From Candidatus Latescibacterota bacterium (GTDB taxonomy: Bacteria; Latescibacterota; UBA2968; UBA8231), in the NCBI GenBank assembly GCA_965242865.1, contig CBDETK010000013.1:4640001-4704000 (forward strand): a DNA stretch of 64,000 nt, written 5' to 3'. The notes below the pieces were generated by a model that saw nothing but the letters and a program-made list of their open reading frames with translations, did no database searches and was not told the origin of the DNA. The translations under genes were made by a program, and so were the position numbers. Positions 55,865 to 64,000 of this stretch are shown here, one piece after another. The number at the start of each line of letters is the position of its first letter. Within the stretch, counting starts at the first letter, position 1.

Positions 55865-56738
55865 ATTGACCTCCGCTGTTGCGCGCCACCACGCAGATCC
55901 ACGCCCCTTTTGCCAAGACGGCATCGACCACTAGGGCAGCTTCTGTGACCCCGCGGCAAAAAGCCGCCTCTTCCCGCGCCAGCAACCCCGAAAACGCGAT
56001 CCGCCCACCCGCGGCCAATAAGCCGCGCAATGGGCGCAAAAGGGGCCGCAACACGTGGCTTTGAATGTTGGCCATCACCAAGTCAAAGGGCTTTTCCGCG
56101 ACCGCCTCCACTCCGCCCAGCCGCACCTCGACCTGCCCAAGGCCCAAGCCGTTGTGCGCCAAGTTTTCCCGCGCATTCGCCACGGCCCGCTCGTCGATAT
56201 CCACGGCCAGCACCGGCCCGGCCCCCAGCCGCGCGGCCGCAATGCTGAGGATGCCGCTGCCCGTCCCCAAGTCCAAGCAGCGCGCCCCGGGGCGCAGATA
56301 GCGCGCTAGCGCCTGCAAGCAGAGCTGAGTCGATTCGTGCGACCCCGCGCCAAAGGCCATTTTGGGGTCTATGGTCACGGCGACTTGGCCCTCGGCCGTC
56401 TCGACCGGAACCCACGAAGGGTGGACGACGATTCGCTCGGTGGCCCACACCGGCGCGAAGAACCGCCGCCACTCGGCCTCCCAATCCCGCTCCTCCACGC
56501 ACTCGGAGTCGATCGACGACGCCAACCCGAGCGCGGCGAGCCGCTGCGCCAGCTCGCGCCGAACTCCAGCCAAATCGCACCTCGGCTCGGCGGCAAAGTA
56601 TGCGCTCAACCGGGTTCGCTCGCTCGCTTCTTCGGCCTGTAGGCCGCAGCTACCGAGCTGATATGCCCACGCGCTCACATCCTCGGCGCAAGCCGTGGGC
56701 ACCTCTAGCCGCAAGCAGTGCCAAGCCCGTTTATTCAT
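55857..56738 (-). CDS. prmA: Ribosomal protein L11 methyltransferase
   Basis: [37 protein letters not shown]. Confidence 0.93.
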   Translation of the reverse strand: MNKRAWHCLRLEVPTACAEDVSAWAYQLGSCGLQAEEASERTRLSAYFAAEPRCDLAGVRRELAQRLAALGLASSIDSECVEERDWEAEWRRFFAPVWATERIVVHPSWVPVETAEGQVAVTIDPKMAFGAGSHESTQLCLQALARYLRPGARCLDLGTGSGILSIAAARLGAGPVLAVDIDERAVANARENLAHNGLGLGQVEVRLGGVEAVAEKPFDLVMANIQSHVLRPLLRPLRGLLAAGGRIAFSGLLAREEAAFCRGVTEAALVVDAVLAKGAWICVVARNSGGQFD

Positions 56739-57504
56739 GGGCTTCCAACCGGCGCAACTGGGCGACCAGTCCCTCGCCGATTGCGGCGAAAAGGGGGTCC
56801 GGCGCGGCCCGGCCCTCATCCCCGCGCTGGCGGATTGCAGCCGACAGGGGCAGCGCACCCAAAAAGGGCAGCCCCAACCGCGCCGCGGCCCCGGCCCCGC
56901 CGCCGCGGCCAAAGACCTCGTGGCGGTGGTCGCAGTGACCGCACAGGTAGTAGCTCATGTTTTCGACGATCCCGAGCACATCCACCTCGACCTTGGCAAA
57001 CATGGCGATGCCCCGTTCCACGTCCTCCAACGCCACGCGCTGCGGAGTGGTCACGATCAGGGCCCCGGACAGGGCGACGGCTTGGCTCAAGGTCAGCGGC
57101 ACATCGCCCGTGCCGGGCGGCAGGTCGATCAACAAGTAGTCGAGTGCCCCCCATGCTACTTGGTTCAAAAACTGCTGCAACGCCCGCGCCAACAGGGGCC
57201 CGCGCCAGACCACCGGCGTGTCCTCGCCGGCGATGAAACCAATCGACATTAGGGCGACCCCGGCCTTATGCACCGGGCGCATCGCACCTCGGCGCTCGGT
57301 TGCGGGCTGCTGCCTAATACCCATCATCAGGGGAATGCTCGGGCCGTAGATGTCGGCGTCGAGCAGGCCAACGCGCGCGCCTTGGGCCGCCAGACTCACG
57401 GCCAAGTTGACGCTTACGGTTGATTTTCCCACGCCTCCCTTAGCACTGGCAATGGCGACGGTATGGCCCACTTGGGCTAAGGGACCGGGTTGGGGAATGG
57501 ACAA
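56731..57504 (-). CDS. Mrp/NBP35 (ApbC) Fe-S carrier ATPase; start approximate
   Basis: SAKGGVGKSTV, DADIYGPS, WRGP, DLPPGTGD, ENMS..CGHC. Confidence 0.9.
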   Translation of the reverse strand: MSIPQPGPLAQVGHTVAIASAKGGVGKSTVSVNLAVSLAAQGARVGLLDADIYGPSIPLMMGIRQQPATERRGAMRPVHKAGVALMSIGFIAGEDTPVVWRGPLLARALQQFLNQVAWGALDYLLIDLPPGTGDVPLTLSQAVALSGALIVTTPQRVALEDVERGIAMFAKVEVDVLGIVENMSYYLCGHCDHRHEVFGRGGGAGAAARLGLPFLGALPLSAAIRQRGDEGRAAPDPLFAAIGEGLVAQLRRLEAHE

Positions 57505-57515
57505 GGACGCCTGCT

Positions 57516-58658
57516 TTAGGACCGGAAAGCCTTGCGCATTTTGGCGAGGAAGCTCTCGCCTTCTTGGGCGACGCGCGCTTGTTCGAGCTGGGCTAGCTCG
57601 CTGAACAGTTCGCGCTCGCGGCGGCTGAGGCCCTCGGGCGTCCACAAGACGACCTCGACGAGCTGGTCGCCGTGGCCGCGGCCGTTGACGTCGGGAATGC
57701 CCCGGCCGCTCATGCGGAAGACGCGCCCGGATTGAGTGCCCGCGGGGATTTTCAACATCGCCTTGCCGGCCAAGGTCGGGACTTCGACGGACGCGCCGAG
57801 GGTGGCTTGGCCAAACCCGACGGGCAACTGGTAAATGACGTGATTGCCGTCGCGGATGAAATAGTCGTGCTCTTTTTCTTCGATAAAGACCAAGCAATCC
57901 CCCGAAGGCCCCCCGCGCGGCCCGACTTCGCCTTGGCCGCGCAATGGAATGTAGTTGCCCTCTTGGACGCCGGCGGGAATGCGCACCGTCAGGGTCGTTT
58001 GGCCGCGCTGGCGGCCCTCGCCTCGGCACGCTGGACAGGGATTGGAGACGATGTGGCCTTCCCCTTCGCAGGCCGGGCACGTCACCACGGTCATCGACGG
58101 CCCGAACAGGGTGCGCGCCATCTGTTGCACTTGGCCCTGCCCGCCGCACGTGTTGCAGGTCTTGCGGCCCGCGCGGCTGGCCGCGCCCGTCCCCTCGCAG
58201 CTCGTACAGCGCTGCAAGCGCGTCAGGGCGATGTTCTTTTCTACGCCCGTGGCGATCTCCTCCAACGTTAGGGCCACCTTGATTTTTAAGTCGCGGCCTT
58301 TGGCCCGCGCCGATCCCCCCCGCGACCGCCGCCCCCCGCCGAAGAAGCTCTCGAAAATCTCGCCGAAAATGTCTTGAAAATCGCCGGCGTGCGTAAAATC
58401 CGACCACTGAAAGCCGCCGCGGCCGAAATTGCCCTCAATGCCGGCGTGACCATAGCGATCGTACGCGGCCTTTTTCTCGGGATCGGAAAGCACCTCGTAG
58501 GCTTCGGAGGCCTCCTTGAAGTGCTCCTCGGCCGCGGCGTTTCCGGGGTTGCGGTCAGGATGGTACTTCAGCGCCTTCTTGCGATAGGCTCCTTTGATCG
58601 CGCCCTCGCTGGCGTCGCGCTCGACGCCCAGTACTTCGTAGTAGTCCCTTTTGGACAT
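57516..58658 (-). CDS. dnaJ: Chaperone DnaJ
   Basis: J domain with HPD, four CxxCxGxG repeats. Confidence 0.97.
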   Translation of the reverse strand: MSKRDYYEVLGVERDASEGAIKGAYRKKALKYHPDRNPGNAAAEEHFKEASEAYEVLSDPEKKAAYDRYGHAGIEGNFGRGGFQWSDFTHAGDFQDIFGEIFESFFGGGRRSRGGSARAKGRDLKIKVALTLEEIATGVEKNIALTRLQRCTSCEGTGAASRAGRKTCNTCGGQGQVQQMARTLFGPSMTVVTCPACEGEGHIVSNPCPACRGEGRQRGQTTLTVRIPAGVQEGNYIPLRGQGEVGPRGGPSGDCLVFIEEKEHDYFIRDGNHVIYQLPVGFGQATLGASVEVPTLAGKAMLKIPAGTQSGRVFRMSGRGIPDVNGRGHGDQLVEVVLWTPEGLSRRERELFSELAQLEQARVAQEGESFLAKMRKAFRS

Positions 58659-58666
58659 TCGGTTCC

Positions 58667-59236
58667 TCAGCTCTCCACGCTCGCCTTGCTGACGACGACG
58701 CGGGCGAAACGGACCACCTTGTCGTTGAGTTTGTAGCCCTTTTCCATCTCCTCAATAATCGTGCCCGGGGGGTGCTCGCCGTCTGGAACTTCGGCGAGTG
58801 CCTCGTGGACTGCCGGGTCAAAGGGCTGCCCCACCGCCTCGATCTCGGCCAGCCCATAGCCTTTGAGAACGTCGTTGAATTGGCCGCAGATCAACTCGAC
58901 GCCCTGCTTGAGCTGCTCGGCTTCTTGGGTCTCCTGACCGAGGGCGCGGCGCAAGTTGTCCAAAATGGGCGCGACCTGCAACAAGACATCGCGCACGGTC
59001 TCATCCCGCGCTTCCGCCCGCATCCGCACCGTGCGCTTGCGGTAGTTGTCCAACTCGGCCACCGCCCGCACATAGCGGTCGTAATTGGCTGCGGCCTCGG
59101 CGCGCGCCGCCGCCAGTTCGGCCTCAAACTCGGCTGCTGCTTTTTCGCCGGCCGCCGCGGCCTGCTCCTCAACGGCCCCCTCCGCGCTCGCCTCTTCCAC
59201 GGCGACGCGGTCCTGAGTTTCGCGCTCGCTCATCAA
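58667..59236 (-). CDS. grpE: Nucleotide exchange factor GrpE
   Basis: [28 protein letters not shown]. Confidence 0.96.
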   Translation of the reverse strand: MMSERETQDRVAVEEASAEGAVEEQAAAAGEKAAAEFEAELAAARAEAAANYDRYVRAVAELDNYRKRTVRMRAEARDETVRDVLLQVAPILDNLRRALGQETQEAEQLKQGVELICGQFNDVLKGYGLAEIEAVGQPFDPAVHEALAEVPDGEHPPGTIIEEMEKGYKLNDKVVRFARVVVSKASVES

Positions 59237-59268
59237 CGCTCCTTACTCTTTACGCTTTGTGAATTGGA

Positions 59269-60303
59269 TTAGCAGATCAAATCCGCCGCTCGGGAGGCCG
59301 CGCAATTGACCAAGCTCACCAAGGGCCGGTAGGGCATGCGCGTCGGGCCGATTACGCCCAGCACGCCGACCACGCCTTTGGCTCCGGCGACCTCGTAGCT
59401 GGCCGTCACCATGCCGCACCGCCCCATCGCCCGCGGCCGGTGCTCGGAACCAATGGTGACGACCACGCCGCGCCGCTCGCTCATAAGCCGGGCGAGGATG
59501 TCCTTTTTCTCCACCAAATCGATCAAACTGGCCACTTCGCTCGGATCGTCAAACTCGGGCTTTAGGCACAGATTGCGGGTCCCCGACACGTGCAAATCGG
59601 CCCCGCTCGTGGTGGCCAAGTCTTTGATGTGCCGCACGACCGCTTTCACAACCGGCGACGGGATCGGCTCCAACTCGGCCATCCGCTCCTCAACCGCGCC
59701 TTGGATTTCAGCCAGCGTCAACCCGTGCAAACGCTCGTTAAAAAGCCGGCTCAACCCCTCTAAGTCGCGCTGCGACACCACGCAATCTACTTCGACCAGC
59801 AGGCTTTTGGTCAGGCCGCCGCGAATCGTGATGATGAGCAACAGGCGATGATCGCCCAAACGCCAAAGCTCCAGCTTGTGAAAGATGCCCTGCTTGAAGC
59901 GCGGGGCCAAAACCAACCCGAGTTGGTTCGACAAATCGCCGATGGTCCGCGCCAGTTGGTGGAGGATCTCTTCGTAATCGCCCGCCAGTTGGGCGACCGC
60001 GAGCTGCTGTCGCAGGGTGGTCTCAGCCTCGTCCAAGCCAGCGTCTGCCGCCTCCATGCAGCGTTGCACGTAGAACCGGTACCCCTTTTCAGAGGGAATG
60101 CGGCCGGCCGAGACATGGGGCTGGGAGACGTAGCCCTTTTCCTCTAGGGAGGCCAAGGCATTTCTTATGGTAGCCGAGCTAACGCCCAAGTTCTCGCACT
60201 GATTCAACGTCTGCGAGCCAACCGGAATACCGAGGGCGACGTGGACTTTGACTAAGGCAAGGAGGACTTGGATTTCGCGTTTGGACAGCGGGCTAGTGGC
60301 CAT
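59269..60303 (-). CDS. hrcA: Heat-inducible transcription repressor HrcA
   Basis: PVGS, SSATIRN, PHVSAGRIPSEKGYRFYV, GVIGPTRMPY. Confidence 0.95.
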   Translation of the reverse strand: MATSPLSKREIQVLLALVKVHVALGIPVGSQTLNQCENLGVSSATIRNALASLEEKGYVSQPHVSAGRIPSEKGYRFYVQRCMEAADAGLDEAETTLRQQLAVAQLAGDYEEILHQLARTIGDLSNQLGLVLAPRFKQGIFHKLELWRLGDHRLLLIITIRGGLTKSLLVEVDCVVSQRDLEGLSRLFNERLHGLTLAEIQGAVEERMAELEPIPSPVVKAVVRHIKDLATTSGADLHVSGTRNLCLKPEFDDPSEVASLIDLVEKKDILARLMSERRGVVVTIGSEHRPRAMGRCGMVTASYEVAGAKGVVGVLGVIGPTRMPYRPLVSLVNCAASRAADLIC

Positions 60304-60358
60304 GGCCGGGAGGCAGCTCCAGCGGCATAAACGCCATTAAGTATCGAGGTTTTGCAAA

Positions 60359-60433
60359 ATAATAAAAGCCGCCGATTGCTTGTCAAGGCTCGCTCTCTAC
60401 TTGCTTGACAGCCAATTTACAGGGCCGTACTAT
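60359..60433. promoter_or_regulatory. Back-to-back sigma70 promoters for hrcA and glnA
   Basis: Plus: TTGACA(60405)-N17-TACTAT; minus: TTGACA(60386-60381)-N16-TATTAT. Confidence 0.65.
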
Positions 60434-60497
60434 ATACGCTTTGTTTTCCTTCCAACCACCCTAAAGCCGTATCATTCGACGCGAGAAAGGATTTGTC

Positions 60498-61961
60498 ATG
60501 GCCAAAGCCAAAGCCAAAGCCAAAACCAAACCAAAAGCCAAAGGGGCCAGCGCAGTGGACGCCGCGCTGAACTTAGCGCGCGACCAGCAGGCGACGATGG
60601 TCGATTTCAAGTTCGTCGATCTGCCCGGCATCTGGCAGCACTTTACCATCCCGGTGTCCGAGCTGAAAGCCGACCTGTTCGAGGACGGCCTCGGCTTCGA
60701 CGGGTCCTCCATCCGCGGCTGGCAGGCCATCAACGAATCCGACATGCTCGTCCTGCCCGATCCGACCACCGCGATGATGGATCCGTTCACCGAGGTCCCA
60801 ACCCTGTCGCTGGTCTGCTCCATTGAAGACCCGATCACCCGCCAGCCTTATGAGCGCGACCCGCGCGGCGTCGCCCAGCGGGCGCAGGCGTACCTGCGGC
60901 GCACCCAGATCGCCGACGTGGCCGTTTTCGGCCCAGAAGCGGAGTTTTTCGTCTTTGACGACATCCGGTTCGATCAGCAAGCCCATCAGGGGTTCTATAA
61001 GATCGACTCGCGGGAAGGCCGTTGGAACAGCGGCACCGACGAAGGCCCCAATCTCGGCTACAAGCCCGATTACAAGGGCGGCTACTTCCCCGTGCCTCCC
61101 ACCGACTCCCTACACGACCTCCGCGTCCAGATGGTGCAGACGATGATCGACTGCGGCATCGAAATCGAGTTGCACCACCACGAGGTGGGCACGGGCGGCC
61201 AATGCGAAATCGACATCCGCTTTTGTCCGATGTTGGTGTGCGGCGACCGGATGATGCTGTACAAATACATCGTCAAGAATGTGGCGCGTCGGCACGGCAA
61301 GACGGCCACGTTCATGCCCAAGCCCCTGTTTGAGGACAACGGCACGGGCATGCACACCCACCAGAGCCTGTGGAAGGACGACCAGCCCCTGTTTGCCGGC
61401 AATGGCTACGCCGGGCTGAGCCAGATGGCACTGCACTACATCGGCGGGCTGCTCGAACACGCGCCGGCGCTGTTGGCGTTTACCAACCCAACGACCAACT
61501 CGTACAAGCGGCTGGTGCCGGGCTACGAAGCCCCGGTGAACTTGGCGTACTCCCAGCGCAACCGCAGTGCGTCCGTGCGCATTCCCATGTATTCGCCCAG
61601 TCCCAAGAGCAAGCGGGTGGAGTTCCGCTGCCCGGACCCGTCGTGCAACATCTACTTGGCACTGGCGGCCATGCTGATGGCGGGGTTGGACGGCATTGAG
61701 CGGCAGCTCGACCCGGGCGAGCCGCTCGACAAGAACCTGTACGATCTGTCGGCCGAGGAGCGGGAAGGGGTGCCGCAGACGGCTGGGTCGCTGGAAGAGT
61801 CGTTGGATTCCTTGGATGAGGACCGGGACTTCCTGTTGCAGGGCGATGTGTTCTCCGACAACCTGATCGACGCTTGGATCGACTACAAGCGCACCGAGGA
61901 GGTCGATGCCATCCGCTTGCGTCCCCATCCCTATGAGTTCTCACTCTACTACGACATCTAA
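60498..61961 (+). CDS. glnA: Glutamine synthetase type I
   Basis: [41 protein letters not shown], adenylylation motif KNLYDL. Confidence 0.97.
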   Translation: MAKAKAKAKTKPKAKGASAVDAALNLARDQQATMVDFKFVDLPGIWQHFTIPVSELKADLFEDGLGFDGSSIRGWQAINESDMLVLPDPTTAMMDPFTEVPTLSLVCSIEDPITRQPYERDPRGVAQRAQAYLRRTQIADVAVFGPEAEFFVFDDIRFDQQAHQGFYKIDSREGRWNSGTDEGPNLGYKPDYKGGYFPVPPTDSLHDLRVQMVQTMIDCGIEIELHHHEVGTGGQCEIDIRFCPMLVCGDRMMLYKYIVKNVARRHGKTATFMPKPLFEDNGTGMHTHQSLWKDDQPLFAGNGYAGLSQMALHYIGGLLEHAPALLAFTNPTTNSYKRLVPGYEAPVNLAYSQRNRSASVRIPMYSPSPKSKRVEFRCPDPSCNIYLALAAMLMAGLDGIERQLDPGEPLDKNLYDLSAEEREGVPQTAGSLEESLDSLDEDRDFLLQGDVFSDNLIDAWIDYKRTEEVDAIRLRPHPYEFSLYYDI

Positions 61962-61987
61962 TCCCACCCCTCCTTCGGGTGTTCACG

Positions 61988-62024
61988 GCAAGGGAAGATT
62001 TCCGCTAGGGGAATCTTCCCTTGC
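61988..62024 (+). terminator. Stem-loop after glnA
   Basis: GCAAGGGAAGATT...AATCTTCCCTTGC 13-bp perfect inverted repeat. Confidence 0.6.
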
Positions 62025-62039
62025 TCTATATATGCCCTC

Positions 62040-62945
62040 GTGAAACTCGTCATCGGCAGCCGCGGCAGCCCGCTCGCCCTCGTCCAAGCCCACGAGGTCC
62101 GCAACCGCTTGCTAGCCTTACGCGACGGACTGGACCTTGAGATTTCGCCCATTCGCACCACAGGTGACGCCACGACCGGGTCGCTGCGCAGCTTCGGCGG
62201 CGCGGGCGTTTTTACCAAAGCCCTCGAATGCGCCCTGCTGGCTGGGCACATTGACCTAGCGGTCCACAGCCTGAAAGACTTGCCGACCCAGATGCACCCG
62301 GCCCTCGCCCTCGTCGCCACGCCCGAGCGCGAAGATGTGCGCGACGCCCTCGTCGGCCCCGGCCTATCCTCGCTGGCCGACTTGCCGGCGGGTGCGCGAG
62401 TGGGCACGGGCAGCCTGCGCCGCGGCGCCCAGCTCAAGGCCCTGCGGCCGGACCTAACCATGCTAGACATCCGCGGCAATCTAGATACCCGCATTGACAA
62501 GGCCGAGCGCGGCGAGTGCGATGCCGTCGTCTTGGCCGTTGCCGGGCTCAACCGCCTCGGCCGGCAGGACCGCGTCGGCTGCTACCTGTCCCTCGAGCAG
62601 GTCCTCCCCGCGCCCGGCCAAGGTGCGTTAGGGCTGCAAATGCGCGCCGATCACCCGGCGCGGCCCGCCATCGCAGCCCTCAACCACGCCCCCACCCTAG
62701 CGGCCGTGCGCGCCGAACGCCACCTGCTGCACGCGCTGCGCGCGGGGTGTCACGCGCCCGTCGGTGCTTGGGGCCGCATCGAGGGCGATCTCCTCGCGCT
62801 CGATGGCTTGGTCGGCCATCCCGCAGGCACTCAATTGCTGCGCACCCACCAGCGCGCCCCCCGCGACTGCGCTGAATCCCTCGGCGCGTCCTTAGCAGAC
62901 TCCCTGCGCGCCCAAGGCGCCGACGACCTCTTGCTGGGGCCTTGA
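62040..62945 (+). CDS. hemC: Hydroxymethylbilane synthase
   Basis: GSRGSPLALVQ, AVHSLKDLP, GTGSLRR, IRGNLDTR, GCHAPVG. Confidence 0.96.
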   Translation: MKLVIGSRGSPLALVQAHEVRNRLLALRDGLDLEISPIRTTGDATTGSLRSFGGAGVFTKALECALLAGHIDLAVHSLKDLPTQMHPALALVATPEREDVRDALVGPGLSSLADLPAGARVGTGSLRRGAQLKALRPDLTMLDIRGNLDTRIDKAERGECDAVVLAVAGLNRLGRQDRVGCYLSLEQVLPAPGQGALGLQMRADHPARPAIAALNHAPTLAAVRAERHLLHALRAGCHAPVGAWGRIEGDLLALDGLVGHPAGTQLLRTHQRAPRDCAESLGASLADSLRAQGADDLLLGP

Positions 62946-64000
62946 TGTCCGCCGAATACGCCACCCCGGGCACGGTGTACATCGTCGGGGCCGGCCCGGG
63001 CGACCCCGGCCTGCTGACCCTCAAGGGGCTGCGCTACCTGCGCGAGGCCGACGTCGTCCTCTACGACGACCTCCTCGACAGCCGCTTGCTCGACCTCGTG
63101 CCCAGCACGTGCGAGCAAATCGCGGTCGGCAAGCGAGGGGGCCGCAAAAACCCCTCCCAAGACGCGATCCACGCGCTCCTCGTCGGCCGCGCTCGCCAAG
63201 GCCATATCGTCGTCCGCCTCAAAGGCGGCGATCCCCTCATCTTCGGGCGCGGCGGTGAAGAGGCCCTGCACCTGCGCCGCGCCGGCATCCCCTTTGAAAT
63301 CGTCTCTGGCGTCTCGGCCGCGTCCGGCGTCTTGGCCTACGCCGGCATTCCCCTGACCCATCGCGGCATGGCCTCGGCCGCGCTGCTGGTCACCGGCAAC
63401 GAAGACCCGGCCAAGCCGGCCGAGGCCATCGACTGGAATCAGCTCGCGGCCTTTAAGGGCACCCTGGTCCTCTTCATGGCCGTGCGCCAGCTCGCCCGGA
63501 TATGCCAGCAGCTCGTCGCTCGGGGCCGACCGGCCTCAACGCCGGCGGCCGCCATCGAATGGGGCACTTGGCCCGACCAGCGCACGGTCGTCGCCGATCT
63601 CCAACATCTACCCGCCCGCGCCGCGGCGCGGCAAATCCGCTCGCCGGCCCTCATTGCGGTCGGTGCGGTCGTCGGGCTGCGCCGAGAACTCAACTGGTTT
63701 GAGAGCAAGCCGCTCTTTGGCCGCCGCCTGCTGGTCACCCGCAGCCGCGAACAGGCCGGTCCCCTTCAGCAACGCCTCGAAGCCCAAGGAGCGGCCGTAG
63801 CAACGCTCCCCCTCTTGCACATCGGCCCGCCCGACGACTGGACGGCCGTGGATGCGGCCCAAGATCGGCTCGCGGACACGGCGTGGGTCGTTTTCACCAG
63901 CCCCAACAGCGCGGCCTTTTTCTGCGACCGGCTCTATCAGCGCGGCCTCGACGCCCGGGCCTTTGCCCACACCCGCATCGCGGCCGTTGGCTTGGCTACG
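62945..64000 (+). CDS. cobA: Uroporphyrinogen-III C-methyltransferase / synthase fusion (CobA-HemD), runs off the window
   Basis: VYIVGAGPGDPGLLT, RLKGGDP, WFESKPLFGRRLLVTR, VFTSPNS. Confidence 0.92.
   Translation, partial: MSAEYATPGTVYIVGAGPGDPGLLTLKGLRYLREADVVLYDDLLDSRLLDLVPSTCEQIAVGKRGGRKNPSQDAIHALLVGRARQGHIVVRLKGGDPLIFGRGGEEALHLRRAGIPFEIVSGVSAASGVLAYAGIPLTHRGMASAALLVTGNEDPAKPAEAIDWNQLAAFKGTLVLFMAVRQLARICQQLVARGRPASTPAAAIEWGTWPDQRTVVADLQHLPARAAARQIRSPALIAVGAVVGLRRELNWFESKPLFGRRLLVTRSREQAGPLQQRLEAQGAAVATLPLLHIGPPDDWTAVDAAQDRLADTAWVVFTSPNSAAFFCDRLYQRGLDARAFAHTRIAAVGLAT

Noticed and set aside
57505-58407. Long N-terminal extension of the Mrp ORF
   Set aside because: An alternative frame of dnaJ; Mrp similarity begins only near 57500.

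Overview
High-GC bacterial chromosome segment with no rRNA, tRNA, CRISPR array or intact transposase that I could see. The protein families (FlgD-Ig C-termini, a 'TTWGxLK' tail, CRTAC1/ASPIC-UnbV proteins, a PhyH dioxygenase, ankyrin fragments) suggest an FCB-group lineage such as Candidatus Latescibacterota, possibly host- or sponge-associated; this is inference. (1) 0.1-25.4 kb is a dense cell-envelope locus and the best candidate for an undescribed system. It holds a divergently transcribed two-parvulin lipoprotein foldase, a small secreted protein with a TTWG tail followed by a strong stem-loop, three paralogous secreted proteins ending in TPNGDxxND/FlgD-Ig/VxY, and two adjacent ~900-aa paralogous Ca-motif-rich putative outer-membrane proteins. 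It is flanked by two FG-GAP/ASPIC lipoproteins, a GT-C/TPR protein, an OPT-like membrane protein, a PhyH-like enzyme and a kelch protein. (2) 25.4-42.9 kb is an accessory patchwork: XRE regulator with operator, a MITE/REP-like element, a dynamin-ankyrin chimera, an aquaporin ending in CC, low-GC islets, three aldolases, two inverted paralogous Ig-repeat surface-protein genes (one with a C17 tract and many frameshifts), a Bor lipoprotein, a GT-C protein and a UbiA-type PRTase. (3) 42.9-64 kb is housekeeping: frr, tsf, rpsB, rpsI, rplM, dedA, ispDF, queA, GT2, ECF ATPase, pyrC, an rnhB-yraN fusion, aroQ, prmA, mrp, dnaJ, grpE, hrcA, glnA, hemC and partial cobA-hemD. Family assignments come from recognising motifs by eye, not from database searches.
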